This document shows, piece by piece, positions 44,212 to 54,760 of a stretch of 64,000 nt of DNA. Below the pieces are notes generated by a model. It saw nothing but the letters and a program-made list of their open reading frames with translations, was not told the origin of the DNA and did not search any database. Position 1 is the first letter of the stretch, and every line of letters begins with the position of its first letter. The position numbers were made by a program, and so were the translations under genes. Source of the DNA: SAR86 cluster bacterium (lineage in GTDB: Bacteria > Pseudomonadota > Gammaproteobacteria > Magnimaribacterales > D2472); NCBI GenBank assembly GCA_023703615.1, contig CP097971.1, positions 86,315 through 150,314 on the forward strand, read 5' to 3'.

Positions 44212-44646
44212 TTATCTAAAGTTTCCTATAACTTCTTTTAGGGCATTTTCATAACCATCGACGCCTTCTCCAATAAAAGACTTTTCAGCAATATCTGAAA
44301 AAAATGAATTATGTCTAAATTTTTCTCTTTTATATATATCAGTAATATGAACCTCATAAAAAGGTATTTTGGTTGCCAAAAATGCATCTCTCATTGCAAT
44401 ACTGGTATGCGTAAATGCCCCAGGATTTATAATTATTGCTGAATAACCTGATGTTTTCGCATCTTGTATCTTGTTAATTAACTCATGTTCTGCATTAGAC
44501 TGAAAAGACTCAACTACGCAATCATTCTCCTTTGCAGTTTTCTCAAGTTTTGATATGACTTGCTCAAGAGACTTCTCACCATAAATATCATTTTCTCTTT
44601 TTCCCAAAAGATTTAAGTTTGGTCCGTTTAAAACTAAAATTTTCAT
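44212..44646 (-). CDS. aroQ: type II 3-dehydroquinate dehydratase
   Basis: 144 aa. Has LNGPNLNLLGxRE and HISN-like (HITD) motifs. Confidence 0.95.
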   Translation of the reverse strand: MKILVLNGPNLNLLGKRENDIYGEKSLEQVISKLEKTAKENDCVVESFQSNAEHELINKIQDAKTSGYSAIIINPGAFTHTSIAMRDAFLATKIPFYEVHITDIYKREKFRHNSFFSDIAEKSFIGEGVDGYENALKEVIGNFR

Positions 44647-44686
44647 AATGTTGACTTTAACAGATTTTAAATAGATTTAAGAGATT

Positions 44687-45100
44687 TTAGGATTGAATAA
44701 GTATCTTTTGCATGGGATAACAAAAACCTGATTCAGAACATCCTTGAAAATGAATTTCAAATTTTGCTTTTAAATTTTGTTCAGGTTTGATTTGAATTAT
44801 AAGCTTATTCTTAATAATCTCGGTTTCACCAAAAAATGGATCTGTGTACATAATTTTATTATCATCAAGAATGTCAAAATTTACTGAACCAGTCTCTAAA
44901 CTTTTAACTTTTATGGAGTCACTGTAGAGGTAATAGCCTTTCTTTATTTGCCATTCAACTGCAATCTTATTTTTATTAATTATTTTTTTTACCACAAATG
45001 CTTCATTGGCTGGTAATATCTCTCCCTCTTTAAATATATTTTCTCCAATTATTGGAAGAATTAATGTATAAGATAAGAGAATAAAAATTACATTTCGCAT
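44687..45100 (-). CDS. stand-alone DsbD N-terminal (alpha) domain protein, periplasmic
   Basis: 137 aa with signal peptide. Collinear with E. coli nDsbD: PANEAF, WQIKKGYYLY, FFGETEI, and the FQGCSESGFCYP cysteine pair. The ORF ends 9 aa after the second Cys, with no TM or thioredoxin-like domain. Confidence 0.8.
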   Translation of the reverse strand: MRNVIFILLSYTLILPIIGENIFKEGEILPANEAFVVKKIINKNKIAVEWQIKKGYYLYSDSIKVKSLETGSVNFDILDDNKIMYTDPFFGETEIIKNKLIIQIKPEQNLKAKFEIHFQGCSESGFCYPMQKILIQS

Positions 45101-45133
45101 TTATGCTAAAAGAATAAGCTTGTATTTCCATAA

Positions 45134-46162
45134 ATGAAAGAATTTTTAAAAAAAATGTTACGTAAATTTATATTAAAGAATTTCTTTTATATGCCAAACT
45201 GGGTATTTAATTTAATTCCTTTTTTTAAAGCGCCATCGAGAAGAAATCAGTTTCTTGATAATCAATCCTTCGTATTTCTTAAATTAATGCCAAAGATTAA
45301 ATTTAAAGAAATGTCTTATGAAGCTATAAAAAAAATGAGAGATCTTATTATTGACAGAAGAACAAAATATCCTATATCAGAAGAAATTCAAAATGAATTA
45401 AAAAAGACAGATCATTTAATTGAAAATAAACAATTAACCATAAGAGAGTACGAACCTGAAAAAATTAAGTCAAAAAAAGTAATTCTATATTTTCATGGAG
45501 GTGGTTACGTTCTAAATTCAATTGATACTAATGACCCTATGGTCAGTTATTTTTCTGAAATTTTGGGAGTAAAAATTTTCTCATTGGGATATAGTCTTTC
45601 GCCAGAATCAAAATTTCCAAAAGCAACTTTAGAAGCCGAATCTGCATTTCAATGGTTAATAGACCAAGGTTATTCTAGTAAGGATATAAGCTTATGTGGA
45701 GATAGTGCCGGAGCTCATTTGGCTGCATCCTTAGTGCATAAACTTCTCGAAGAAAAAAAGTCACTGCCTTGCAACCAATTTTTAATTTATCCGATGTGCG
45801 ATCCTAATTGTAAATCAGATTCACATAAGGTTTTAAATGATGGATACGTTCTTGATCAAGAATCAATGTTATGGTTTTGGGATAAATTAAAAAACTCTGA
45901 TGATGATTTAATAGATCCTAAATTCAATTTGTTAAAGATAAATAAATGGGATGAAATGCCTAAAACTATAATTATTACAGCTGGTTTTGATCCACTATGG
46001 GATGAAGCAGAAGACTATGCTTCGATTTTGTTAGAGATGGGCGCAGATGTAAAACAATTTCATTATCCTGGTATGTTTCATGGATTTGTATCAATGACTA
46101 AATTACATGAACCAAAAGCAGCTGTTTTAGACTTCTTGAATGAATATAAAAAAATATTATGA
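45134..46162 (+). CDS. alpha/beta hydrolase, family IV (hormone-sensitive-lipase-like) esterase
   Basis: 342 aa. HGGG oxyanion motif (FHGGGY), GDSAG nucleophile elbow, DPLWDE and HGF catalytic residues. Confidence 0.8.
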   Translation: MKEFLKKMLRKFILKNFFYMPNWVFNLIPFFKAPSRRNQFLDNQSFVFLKLMPKIKFKEMSYEAIKKMRDLIIDRRTKYPISEEIQNELKKTDHLIENKQLTIREYEPEKIKSKKVILYFHGGGYVLNSIDTNDPMVSYFSEILGVKIFSLGYSLSPESKFPKATLEAESAFQWLIDQGYSSKDISLCGDSAGAHLAASLVHKLLEEKKSLPCNQFLIYPMCDPNCKSDSHKVLNDGYVLDQESMLWFWDKLKNSDDDLIDPKFNLLKINKWDEMPKTIIITAGFDPLWDEAEDYASILLEMGADVKQFHYPGMFHGFVSMTKLHEPKAAVLDFLNEYKKIL

Positions 46163-47754
46163 CGCTATTAGATATAAAAAATTTAAGTGTTGAATTCCAT
46201 ACAAGACAAGGTAATTTTATAGCTGTAGATGATATATCTTTTGAAATTAATACTAATGAGACTTTAGCGCTTGTAGGTGAATCAGGTTCAGGAAAATCAG
46301 TTACAGCAATGTCTATACTTCAATTACTTCCTAGACCTCAGGCTGAGTATTCTAAACTTTCTTCAATTCAATTTCAGGGAGATGAAATTATAAATGCGTC
46401 TGAAGAGAAACTTTTAAGTATTAGAGGAAATATTGTTTCAATGATCTTTCAAGAACCAATGACTTCTTTAAACCCTTATCACAAAATTGGCAATCAAATA
46501 TCAGAGTCAATATTGTTGCATTCAGACATTTCAAAAAAAGATGCAAAAATAAAAACACTTAATTTAATGAAATTAGTAGAAATAGATTCAGTTGAGAGAC
46601 GATATGATTCATATCCTCATGAGCTTTCTGGAGGACAAAGACAAAGGGTTATGATTGCAATGGCATTGGTCAATGAACCTAAATTATTGATTGCAGATGA
46701 ACCTACAACAGCATTGGATGTAACCATTCAGGCACAGATACTAGATTTAATGAATAAACTTAAAAATGAGCTAGGAATGTCAATATTATTTATAACTCAT
46801 GATCTTGGATTAGTTGAAGAGTTTTCAGACAAAGTTTGTGTTATGAAAGATGGAAAAATAGTTGAAAAAGGGCAAACAAAAGAAGTTTTTAATAATCCAA
46901 GCCATTTTTATACACAAAAACTTTTAAATGCTGAACCAAAAGAAAAACAAGAGCTAGTAATGAATGAGCAAAGTTTAATACAAATAAATAATTTAAATGT
47001 CTATTATCCAATCGTTTCAAAAAATTTATTCAAAAAAGAAAATTTTCATGCATTAAAAAATATTTCACTCAACATTCAAAAGAATTCTACAGTAGGCATA
47101 GTTGGTGAGTCTGGTTCAGGAAAATCTACTCTAGGCAAAGCAATAGCAAATTTAGTAAATTATGAAGGAAGTATTATTTTCAACAATACTGAACTCAATT
47201 CAAGATTATCTAAACAATCTAAGAGCGTTAAAAAGCATATTCAGATTGTATTTCAAGATCCATATGGATCATTATCTCCCAGAATGACTATTAATGAGAT
47301 TGTTGGCGAAGGACTTGATGTTCACTTCAATTTATCAAAAAAAGATAGAAATATAAGAATTGATAGCGCACTTGATGATGTTGGAATTGAAAATTCATCA
47401 AAAAATAAATATCCTCACGAATTTTCTGGAGGTCAAAGACAAAGAATAGCAATAGCTAGATCGCTAGTAATGAATCCTGACTTTATAATTCTTGATGAAC
47501 CAACTTCAGCACTTGATAGATCAATTCAAATCCAAGTTATAAATTTACTTAAAAATTTACAAGAGGAATATGGCTTAACTTATTTATTTATTAGTCATGA
47601 TTTAAAAGTAATAAGGTCAATGTCGGATTATATTTTTGTAATGAAGGATGGAATGATAGTAGAATCTGGTTCCTCGGATAGCGTATTTGAAGAACCTAAA
47701 GAGGATTACACTAAAAAATTGCTATCAGCTGCGTTAAAATATGCAGCTAACTAA
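46159..47754 (+). CDS. duplicated-ATPase ABC transporter protein, YejF/oligopeptide (PepT) family
   Basis: 531 aa with two complete ABC cassettes (GESGSGKS twice, LSGGQRQR twice). No permease or binding-protein gene is adjacent. Confidence 0.85.
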   Translation: MTLLDIKNLSVEFHTRQGNFIAVDDISFEINTNETLALVGESGSGKSVTAMSILQLLPRPQAEYSKLSSIQFQGDEIINASEEKLLSIRGNIVSMIFQEPMTSLNPYHKIGNQISESILLHSDISKKDAKIKTLNLMKLVEIDSVERRYDSYPHELSGGQRQRVMIAMALVNEPKLLIADEPTTALDVTIQAQILDLMNKLKNELGMSILFITHDLGLVEEFSDKVCVMKDGKIVEKGQTKEVFNNPSHFYTQKLLNAEPKEKQELVMNEQSLIQINNLNVYYPIVSKNLFKKENFHALKNISLNIQKNSTVGIVGESGSGKSTLGKAIANLVNYEGSIIFNNTELNSRLSKQSKSVKKHIQIVFQDPYGSLSPRMTINEIVGEGLDVHFNLSKKDRNIRIDSALDDVGIENSSKNKYPHEFSGGQRQRIAIARSLVMNPDFIILDEPTSALDRSIQIQVINLLKNLQEEYGLTYLFISHDLKVIRSMSDYIFVMKDGMIVESGSSDSVFEEPKEDYTKKLLSAALKYAAN

Positions 47755-47778
47755 AGATAAAATTAGAAAATTATAGAA

Positions 47779-49440
47779 ATGGCTAATAGAAAATATTCAA
47801 AAACTCTGGTTGATGGACCAAGCCAAGCTGCATCTCGATCAATGCTCAGAGGAGTTGGTTTCAAATCAGAGGATTTTGAAAAATCTTTTGTTGGAATTGC
47901 TTCAACTGGAGCAAAGGTAACTCCGTGTAATATGCATATCAATGAGCTAGCTGAAATTGTAGAGGAATCTATTAATTTAAATAATGGTAAAGGTGTTCTT
48001 TTTAACACAATTACCGTATCAGATGGAATTTCGATGGGAACTCAAGGCATGAAATACTCTTTAGTCTCAAGAGAAGTTATTGCTGATTCTATTGAAACAG
48101 TTGTAAATTGCTTGGGTTATGATGGTCTAATTGCAATTGGAGGCTGTGATAAAAATATGCCTGGTTGCTTGATAGGTATTGCAAGATTAAATAGACCTTC
48201 AATTTTTGTTTATGGCGGCTCTATAAAACCAAGCGAAGAAAATACAGATTATGTTACAGTTTGTGAAAAAACTGGTGAATTTTCAAAGGGTAGCATTCCA
48301 GAATCTGATCTAATTCATGTTGAAAAAGTTTCCGTCAAGGGTCCAGGATCTTGTGGTGGCATGTATACAGCAAATACAATGGCATCTGCTATTGAAGCTT
48401 TAGGTATGAGCCTTCCAGGAAGTAGCAGTCAAGATGCAATATCATCTGAAAAAAAACAAGATTGTGAAGATGCTGGATTAGCAATAATGAAACTTTTAGA
48501 AAAAGATATTAAGCCAAAAGATATAATGACAAAAAAAGCATTTGAAAATGCAATTACAATGGTAATTGCACTTGGTGGATCGACTAATGCAGTTCTTCAC
48601 TTACTAGCAATGGCAGACGCTATTGGAGTAGACCTTTCATTAGATGACTTCACAAGAATTGGAAAAAATACTCCTGTTCTTGCCAATCTGAAACCTTTTG
48701 GTGATTATTTTATGTCTGAATTAAATGCAAAAGGTGGTATTCAACCTTTGATGAAAATGTTGCTTGATCATGACATGCTTCATGGTGATTGCTTAACTGT
48801 CACAGGTGAAACATTATCAAAAAATCTTGAGACCATAAAAAGTTATGATCAAAACCAAGAGATCATAAGTACTTTGGATAGTCCTATAAAAGCATCAAGT
48901 CATCTGAGAATTTTATATGGTAATTTAGCTGAAGAGGGAGCTGTTGCAAAAATCACTGGAAAAGAAGGAACTTCATTTGAAGGTAAAGCTAGAGTATTTA
49001 ATTCTGAAGAAGAAGGAGTAAACGCAATCCTTTCAAAAGAAATTAAGGAAGGAGATGTAGTTGTAATTAGATATGAGGGTCCAAAGGGAGGTCCAGGAAT
49101 GAGAGAAATGCTTAAACCAACCTCGGCAATCATGGGTCAAGGATTGGGAGACAAGGTTGCCTTTATAACTGATGGAAGATTTTCTGGAGGAACACATGGT
49201 TTTGTTGTTGGCCATATAACTCCAGAGGCAGCAGATGGTGGAAATATAGCTTTGATTGAAGATGGAGATGTCATTTTAATTGATGCAAAGAATGATCAAT
49301 TAAGTCTTAAAGTTTCAGATGAGGAAATAAAGAAAAGAAGAAATAGCTGGAAAAACCCAAAAGACACGCCCACCAAAGGTGTTTTAGCAAAATATGCAAA
49401 AAGTGTAAAATCTGCAAGCCTTGGTGCTATAACTGATTAA
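47779..49440 (+). CDS. ilvD: dihydroxy-acid dehydratase
   Basis: 553 aa IlvD/Edd family. Has the CDKNMPG Fe-S motif and [11 protein letters not shown]. Confidence 0.95.
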   Translation: MANRKYSKTLVDGPSQAASRSMLRGVGFKSEDFEKSFVGIASTGAKVTPCNMHINELAEIVEESINLNNGKGVLFNTITVSDGISMGTQGMKYSLVSREVIADSIETVVNCLGYDGLIAIGGCDKNMPGCLIGIARLNRPSIFVYGGSIKPSEENTDYVTVCEKTGEFSKGSIPESDLIHVEKVSVKGPGSCGGMYTANTMASAIEALGMSLPGSSSQDAISSEKKQDCEDAGLAIMKLLEKDIKPKDIMTKKAFENAITMVIALGGSTNAVLHLLAMADAIGVDLSLDDFTRIGKNTPVLANLKPFGDYFMSELNAKGGIQPLMKMLLDHDMLHGDCLTVTGETLSKNLETIKSYDQNQEIISTLDSPIKASSHLRILYGNLAEEGAVAKITGKEGTSFEGKARVFNSEEEGVNAILSKEIKEGDVVVIRYEGPKGGPGMREMLKPTSAIMGQGLGDKVAFITDGRFSGGTHGFVVGHITPEAADGGNIALIEDGDVILIDAKNDQLSLKVSDEEIKKRRNSWKNPKDTPTKGVLAKYAKSVKSASLGAITD

Positions 49441-49444
49441 AAAA

Positions 49445-50440
49445 ATGAAAAGAAAATTCCCTAACTCAAGACTCAGAAGGCTCAGACTTAATTCTTCAAT
49501 AATTGATCTTGTAAGTGAAAATACTCTTAACTCAGCTGATTTAATTCAACCAGTTTTCGTAAAAGAAAATCTAAATGGTTCTGAGCCAATTGAATCAATG
49601 CCAAACGTTAATAGGTATGGTATTGATAATATTTTAAAAGAAGTTGAATCAGTAATATCTTCTGGTATTAAAACTATTGCTATATTTCCAGTCATTGATT
49701 CAAATAAAAAAGATGATCTTGGCAAAGAGGCGTTAAATGAAGAAAATATTATTTCAAAAACAATAAAACTAATAAAAAAAGAATTTCCTGAATTAGTAAT
49801 AATTGCTGATGTTGCATTAGATCCATACACATCTCATGGGCATGATGGGTTGCTAATCAATAATTATGTTGATAATGATGCAACTTTAGAATCATTAGTT
49901 TCACAATCCTTAATACTTGCAGCTTCTGGAGCAGATATCATTGCACCTTCAGATATGATGGATGGAAGGATAGGAAAAATAAGAGAAGCTCTAGAAAATT
50001 CAAATTTTAAAAATACTTTGATTTTGTCTTATGCTGCAAAATATAATTCGAAATTTTATGGACCTTTTAGAGACGCAGTGAATTCCTCATCAAATCTTGG
50101 CAAATCCTCTAAATCATCCTATCAAATGTCTCCAGCAAATAAATCTGAAGCTATGCACGAAGTAGCAATGGATATTGAAGAGGGCGCAGACATTGTGATG
50201 ATAAAACCCGGCATGCCATATTTAGATATTTTATCTTCAGTAAAAGAGACTTTTAAGATACCAACATTTGCTTATCAAGTAAGTGGAGAATACAGCATGT
50301 TAAAACTTGCTATAGAAAAAGGTTGGCTTGATAAAGATGTTATACTAGAAACATTAGTATGTTTCAAAAGGGCTGGTGCGGATGCAATACTTACATATTT
50401 CGCAAAAGAAATTTCAATGGAGATAAATAAAAATGAGTGA
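49445..50440 (+). CDS. hemB: porphobilinogen synthase (Asp-rich, Zn-independent type)
   Basis: 331 aa. The metal-site segment reads DVALDPYTSHGHDG, not the Cys-rich DxCxCxYTxHGHCG, as in the Pseudomonas enzyme. Confidence 0.95.
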   Translation: MKRKFPNSRLRRLRLNSSIIDLVSENTLNSADLIQPVFVKENLNGSEPIESMPNVNRYGIDNILKEVESVISSGIKTIAIFPVIDSNKKDDLGKEALNEENIISKTIKLIKKEFPELVIIADVALDPYTSHGHDGLLINNYVDNDATLESLVSQSLILAASGADIIAPSDMMDGRIGKIREALENSNFKNTLILSYAAKYNSKFYGPFRDAVNSSSNLGKSSKSSYQMSPANKSEAMHEVAMDIEEGADIVMIKPGMPYLDILSSVKETFKIPTFAYQVSGEYSMLKLAIEKGWLDKDVILETLVCFKRAGADAILTYFAKEISMEINKNE

Positions 50441-50759
50441 CGTAACTGCTATTATTAATGAAGAACAATTTACATCAGATGTCTTGCAATCTGAAAAACC
50501 AGTTTTAGTTGATTTTTGGGCTGAGTGGTGCGGTCCCTGTAAACAACTATCTCCAACAGTTGAAGAAGTTGCGTCTGAACAAAAAGATAATCTCAAGGTA
50601 TGTAAAATGGATGTAGATACTAATAGAGAGGTTGCTGCAAAATATGGTATTAGATCAATTCCAACACTTATAATTTTTAAAAATGGGGAACCTGCGGGCA
50701 CAGAAATTGGAGCTTTAACTAAAGAACAGCTTGAAGTATTTATAAAAACAATAGTTTAA
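50433..50759 (+). CDS. trxA: thioredoxin
   Basis: 108 aa with WAEWCGPCK active site. trxA-rho synteny. Confidence 0.95.
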   Translation: MSDVTAIINEEQFTSDVLQSEKPVLVDFWAEWCGPCKQLSPTVEEVASEQKDNLKVCKMDVDTNREVAAKYGIRSIPTLIIFKNGEPAGTEIGALTKEQLEVFIKTIV

Positions 50760-50873
50760 ATTTATGCAATAAACTTTGCATCTTAATAAAAAAAGTTCTA
50801 TTATTTTGATATCTAGGACTAATAGGCTCCCAAACACTCAGTATTTATACGTTAAGAACACTTTATATAATTA

Positions 50874-52154
50874 ATGAATCTTACAGAAATAAAAATTAAA
50901 TCAATTAACGAATTGGTAGGTATTGCTACCGATCTTGGTATTGAAGATGTTGGTCGCTTAAAGAAACAAGACATAATTTTTAAAATTTTTAAACACAAAG
51001 CCTCAGAGGGAATCGATATTTATGGTGGCGGTGTTTTAGAAATTTTAAATGATGGCTTTGGTTTTTTAAGATCACCAGAAGGGTCATATTGTGCTGGGCC
51101 TGATGATATTTACGTTTCGCCAAGTCAAATTAGAAAATTTAGTCTTAGAAAGGGTGATTCTGTTGCAGGAAAAATTCGAACCCCTAAAGATCAAGAAAGA
51201 TATTTTGCGATGGTGCAAGTTGACACTATTAATGGTGAGGAGCCTACTAAAACTAAAAATAAAATTCTTTATGAAAATTTAACACCTCTTTTTCCAAATG
51301 AAAGACTTTTACTTGAGCAAGGCACTGGTTCAAATGAAGACCTTTCATCAAGAATAATTGATTTAATAGCTCCAATAGGTAAAGGTCAGCGTGGTTTGAT
51401 TGTATCGCCCCCAAAGGCTGGTAAAACGCTGATGCTTCAAAGTATCGCACATTCAATTAAAAGTAATAATCCTGAAGTTGAGTTAATAGTTTTATTGATT
51501 GATGAAAGACCTGAGGAAGTTACTGAAATGTCTAGAACTGTTAAAGGCGAGGTTGTAGCCAGTACATTTGACGAACCGCCTTCAAGGCATGTTCAAGTTG
51601 CAAATATGGTAATTGAGAAGGCAAAAAGACTTGTGGAACATAAAAAAGACGTTGTTATACTTTTAGATTCGATCACCAGATTGGGACGTGCATATAATTC
51701 TGTGCAGCCAGCATCAGGAAAGATATTAAGTGGTGGTGTTGACTCTAATGCTCTAGAAAGACCAAAAAGGTTTTTTGGTGCTGCTAGAAACTTAGAGGAG
51801 GGTGGAAGTTTAACAATCATTGCAACCGCATTAGTAGAAACTGGTTCGAAAATGGACGAAGTCATTTATGAAGAATTTAAAGGAACAGGTAACATGGAAA
51901 TTCATCTTGAAAGAAAAATTGCTGAAAAAAGAATTTTTCCAGCCATCAATATTAGAAGATCTGGGACAAGAAGAGAGGATCTTTTAACTGCAGAAGATGA
52001 ATTGCAAAGAATGTGGGTTCTCAGAAAAATTCTCGACGATATGGAGGATGCGCAAGCAATTCAGTTTTTAATCGATAGATTAAAATCGCATAAAACAAAT
52101 GACGAGTTCTTTTCATCAATGAAAAATGGCAATGGTAAGAAATCAACTAAGTAA
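50874..52154 (+). CDS. rho: transcription termination factor Rho
   Basis: 426 aa. N-terminal RNA-binding domain (GFGFLR) and P-loop PPKAGKT. Confidence 0.97.
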   Translation: MNLTEIKIKSINELVGIATDLGIEDVGRLKKQDIIFKIFKHKASEGIDIYGGGVLEILNDGFGFLRSPEGSYCAGPDDIYVSPSQIRKFSLRKGDSVAGKIRTPKDQERYFAMVQVDTINGEEPTKTKNKILYENLTPLFPNERLLLEQGTGSNEDLSSRIIDLIAPIGKGQRGLIVSPPKAGKTLMLQSIAHSIKSNNPEVELIVLLIDERPEEVTEMSRTVKGEVVASTFDEPPSRHVQVANMVIEKAKRLVEHKKDVVILLDSITRLGRAYNSVQPASGKILSGGVDSNALERPKRFFGAARNLEEGGSLTIIATALVETGSKMDEVIYEEFKGTGNMEIHLERKIAEKRIFPAINIRRSGTRREDLLTAEDELQRMWVLRKILDDMEDAQAIQFLIDRLKSHKTNDEFFSSMKNGNGKKSTK

Positions 52155-52799
52155 ATTTTTTATTGATTTCTCAACATCATCAGAAAAATAGTCTATTAAG
52201 TAAGCTTCGAATCCTAAAGTATTAATAAAACTTTTAATTCTTTCAGATATCACAAAATATCTAGCCCTTAAATCTCGAGAAAATATCTCTTCAAAAAAAA
52301 TTTTTGCAGCAAAAGTACTTGGAAATATAATCGCATCTGATTTCTTAAATAATTTTTTTATTTCTTCATAACTATCAAATTTCATTCTTTGGTAGCAAAT
52401 AATTTCGTGAACTTGCGCATCATTTTTTATTAAATAATTAAATATTTTATTTAGTCCGCCCAAACCTTTAACAATTAAAAACTTTCTATTTGATAGATTT
52501 TCCTTTAGTAGCTCACTAAGAGCAAAAGATCCAGGAAAAACAGGACTTACAGAATCAATCCCTTTGTCTGCAAGAGATTTTTTTGTAGATACTCCCATCG
52601 AAAAAACTCTTTTATGCTTTAATAAATTAATGTCATTAAAAAATTCTACAGACGGAGTACTTTGAAAAATAATATCCGTGTAATTCTTTGATTTCAATTC
52701 ATAACTTAATGGCTCAAGCTTAAAAAGAGGAATGTTCTTTATGGCGCCCTTGTTATAAGGACTTAAAGTATTTACTGTTCGTGTATCAATTATGTTCAT
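52143..52799 (-). CDS. hemD: uroporphyrinogen-III synthase (short form)
   Basis: 218 aa. Poorly conserved family; the call rests on a 14-nt overlap with hemC and loose HemD patterns ([23 protein letters not shown]). Confidence 0.65.
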   Translation of the reverse strand: MNIIDTRTVNTLSPYNKGAIKNIPLFKLEPLSYELKSKNYTDIIFQSTPSVEFFNDINLLKHKRVFSMGVSTKKSLADKGIDSVSPVFPGSFALSELLKENLSNRKFLIVKGLGGLNKIFNYLIKNDAQVHEIICYQRMKFDSYEEIKKLFKKSDAIIFPSTFAAKIFFEEIFSRDLRARYFVISERIKSFINTLGFEAYLIDYFSDDVEKSIKNLLS

Positions 52800-53694
52800 T
52801 TAACAATTCTAAGCCGCCTTTTTCTTTAATTGTTTTTATTGCATCACTCACTTTGTTTGCATAAAAATAAATATATCTATTTCTACCGTATATTTCTCCA
52901 ACAATATCTGTTGAAGATTCATCACATTTTACTTCTAAAGCAATAGCAGAATTACAATCGGCATTTAATTCTTTTAAGACCTCATGGCCAGTTTTTATTT
53001 CTTTAGTTCTGTTTATATCGTAAGTAGACATATCTAAATTGTATTTTTCTTTCATTTCTCTCATAGCGCCACTCCACATTTCTCTTACATGCTCTGATTC
53101 AGTTTTCCATTGCACAGCCAAAGTACCCTGAGCAAAGTTTGTGTAATGTTGTAATCTTATAAAATTTAATTCTTTATTTATCAAATCTAATCTTCTTAAT
53201 CCAGCTTCAGCAAGAATAATACAATCACATATGCCATCTTCAAGTTTTTTCAGTCTAGTTGTAACGTTGCCATTAAGAGAAACAATATTTGAAGCATTTA
53301 GATGATGCTTAGCCTGCATTTGTCTTCTTAAGCTTGATGTCCCAATTCTTAAATGCTCTTTAAAAATTGGATCCAAATCTTTTCGAAAGATTAAAACATC
53401 GTTTCCTATTTGTTTTTCTTGAGAAAAATAGGATTGAGCAATTGTAGGAGATTGGATTGCAGGAAGGTCTTTTGCAGAATGAATAGCAACATCGACTTCT
53501 CCTTTTAGAATTAATTTTTCAATGTCCGATATAAAATTAAGTTTATCGAATTGAGTTTTTCCCTCATTACTTAATTTATCGCCTTTTGTTGTAACTTTTA
53601 TAATTTCAAAATCTTTAATTGATTGATAATCAAGAAATTCATCAACCTGCAGTAATGCTAATTTTGAGGATCTAGTAGCTATTTTAATTGTCAT
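52786..53694 (-). CDS. hemC: hydroxymethylbilane synthase (porphobilinogen deaminase)
   Basis: 302 aa. IATRSSKLALLQ N-terminus, IHSAKDLP and GTSSLRR motifs. Confidence 0.92.
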   Translation of the reverse strand: MTIKIATRSSKLALLQVDEFLDYQSIKDFEIIKVTTKGDKLSNEGKTQFDKLNFISDIEKLILKGEVDVAIHSAKDLPAIQSPTIAQSYFSQEKQIGNDVLIFRKDLDPIFKEHLRIGTSSLRRQMQAKHHLNASNIVSLNGNVTTRLKKLEDGICDCIILAEAGLRRLDLINKELNFIRLQHYTNFAQGTLAVQWKTESEHVREMWSGAMREMKEKYNLDMSTYDINRTKEIKTGHEVLKELNADCNSAIALEVKCDESSTDIVGEIYGRNRYIYFYANKVSDAIKTIKEKGGLELLNEHN

Positions 53695-54244
53695 TTTTTT
53701 GAATCAATATTGCTCTTACATCTCCAATATTTTTCTCTTTTAATATTGAAAAATTATCAGGCATATTTATGTTTATGAACTTACTATGTTCTAGATAGAT
53801 TTTACAGGAAGATTTTAATTTATTATATTTTGAAAAAAATTTTAAAATTTTTTCTTCATAGTTTGCACTGAAAGGAGGATCTAAAAAAATGAAATCAAAA
53901 TCAGATAAATCAAAGTTTTTAATCCAAATAAAAGCATCCTTCAGAAATATTTTTGGTAAATTTTTTAATTGAAGTTCTTTAATTGTCTTATTTAAGTTTA
54001 AGAAGTTTTTTTTATTTATTTCAACGAAGACCAGCTTTTTAGCGCCCCTTGAAATAGCTTCAATACCTATAGAACCAGAGCCTGCAAAAAGATCTAAGCA
54101 ATTAGTACCTGAAATTTCAAACTGAAGCCAATCAAATAAAATTTCTTTTAATTTGCTTGTTGTTGGTCTTAGGCTTTGACTATTCTCAAATACAATTTTT
54201 TTACCTTTAAGCATTCCCGAGGAAATTTTAATTTTTTTCTTCAT
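53684..54244 (-). CDS. rsmD: 16S rRNA (guanine966-N2)-methyltransferase
   Basis: 186 aa. RPTTSKLKE, DLFAGSGSIGIEAISRGA and the DPPF motif. Confidence 0.85.
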   Translation of the reverse strand: MKKKIKISSGMLKGKKIVFENSQSLRPTTSKLKEILFDWLQFEISGTNCLDLFAGSGSIGIEAISRGAKKLVFVEINKKNFLNLNKTIKELQLKNLPKIFLKDAFIWIKNFDLSDFDFIFLDPPFSANYEEKILKFFSKYNKLKSSCKIYLEHSKFININMPDNFSILKEKNIGDVRAILIQKNDN

Positions 54245-54295
54245 AATGTAAATTAAACACTCTTATTTAAAAATAAATCAAAGTATAATCAATGT

Positions 54296-54760
54296 ATGTC
54301 TGATCAAGGTGATTTTAGAAAAGCAATGAGAAACTATATTTATTCTGTGAGTATCTTATCAAATAAAAATATAGATGGTGAATTGAATGCTATAACAGTA
54401 TCATCTGTGACATCTATATCTATGGAGCCGCCAAGCTTACTTGTTTGTATAAACAAAAGCTCAAGAATTCATGATACATTAATTAAAAATTCTGATTTTT
54501 GTATAAATCTTTTAAACAAAAATCAACAAGAAATCTCAAATATTTGCTCAACAGACTCTTTATATGATCAAAGATTCGATCATGACAAATGGAACACTCA
54601 AACAATTCCATTTTTAGAAGAGGCTCAAGCAAATATCTTTTGTTCCATTGAAGATTTAGTGCCATATCATACTCACACAATTGTTATCGGTAGAGTATTA
54701 AATGCAATTTCTAATGATAAAATAAATACTCTTAGTTATGTAAATGGTAAGTATGTTTAA
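54296..54760 (+). CDS. flavin reductase-like FMN-binding (split-barrel) protein
   Basis: 154 aa. Has FRKAMRxxxxxVSIL ... ITVSSVTSIS.EPPSLLVCIN pattern. Confidence 0.8.
   Translation: MSDQGDFRKAMRNYIYSVSILSNKNIDGELNAITVSSVTSISMEPPSLLVCINKSSRIHDTLIKNSDFCINLLNKNQQEISNICSTDSLYDQRFDHDKWNTQTIPFLEEAQANIFCSIEDLVPYHTHTIVIGRVLNAISNDKINTLSYVNGKYV

Noticed and set aside
47763-48008. 81-aa ORF antisense to the ilvD start, and the 95-aa ORF at 50414..50701 antisense to trxA.
   Set aside because: They lie fully inside or opposite strongly conserved genes. Ser/Leu/Cys-rich translations are typical of antisense frames, and neither has an independent start context.
50764-50781. Small hairpin ATGCAA-TAAACT-TTGCAT after trxA as a terminator ahead of rho.
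   Set aside because: It has only a 6-bp stem and no following U-tract. The region is more likely part of the rho leader.
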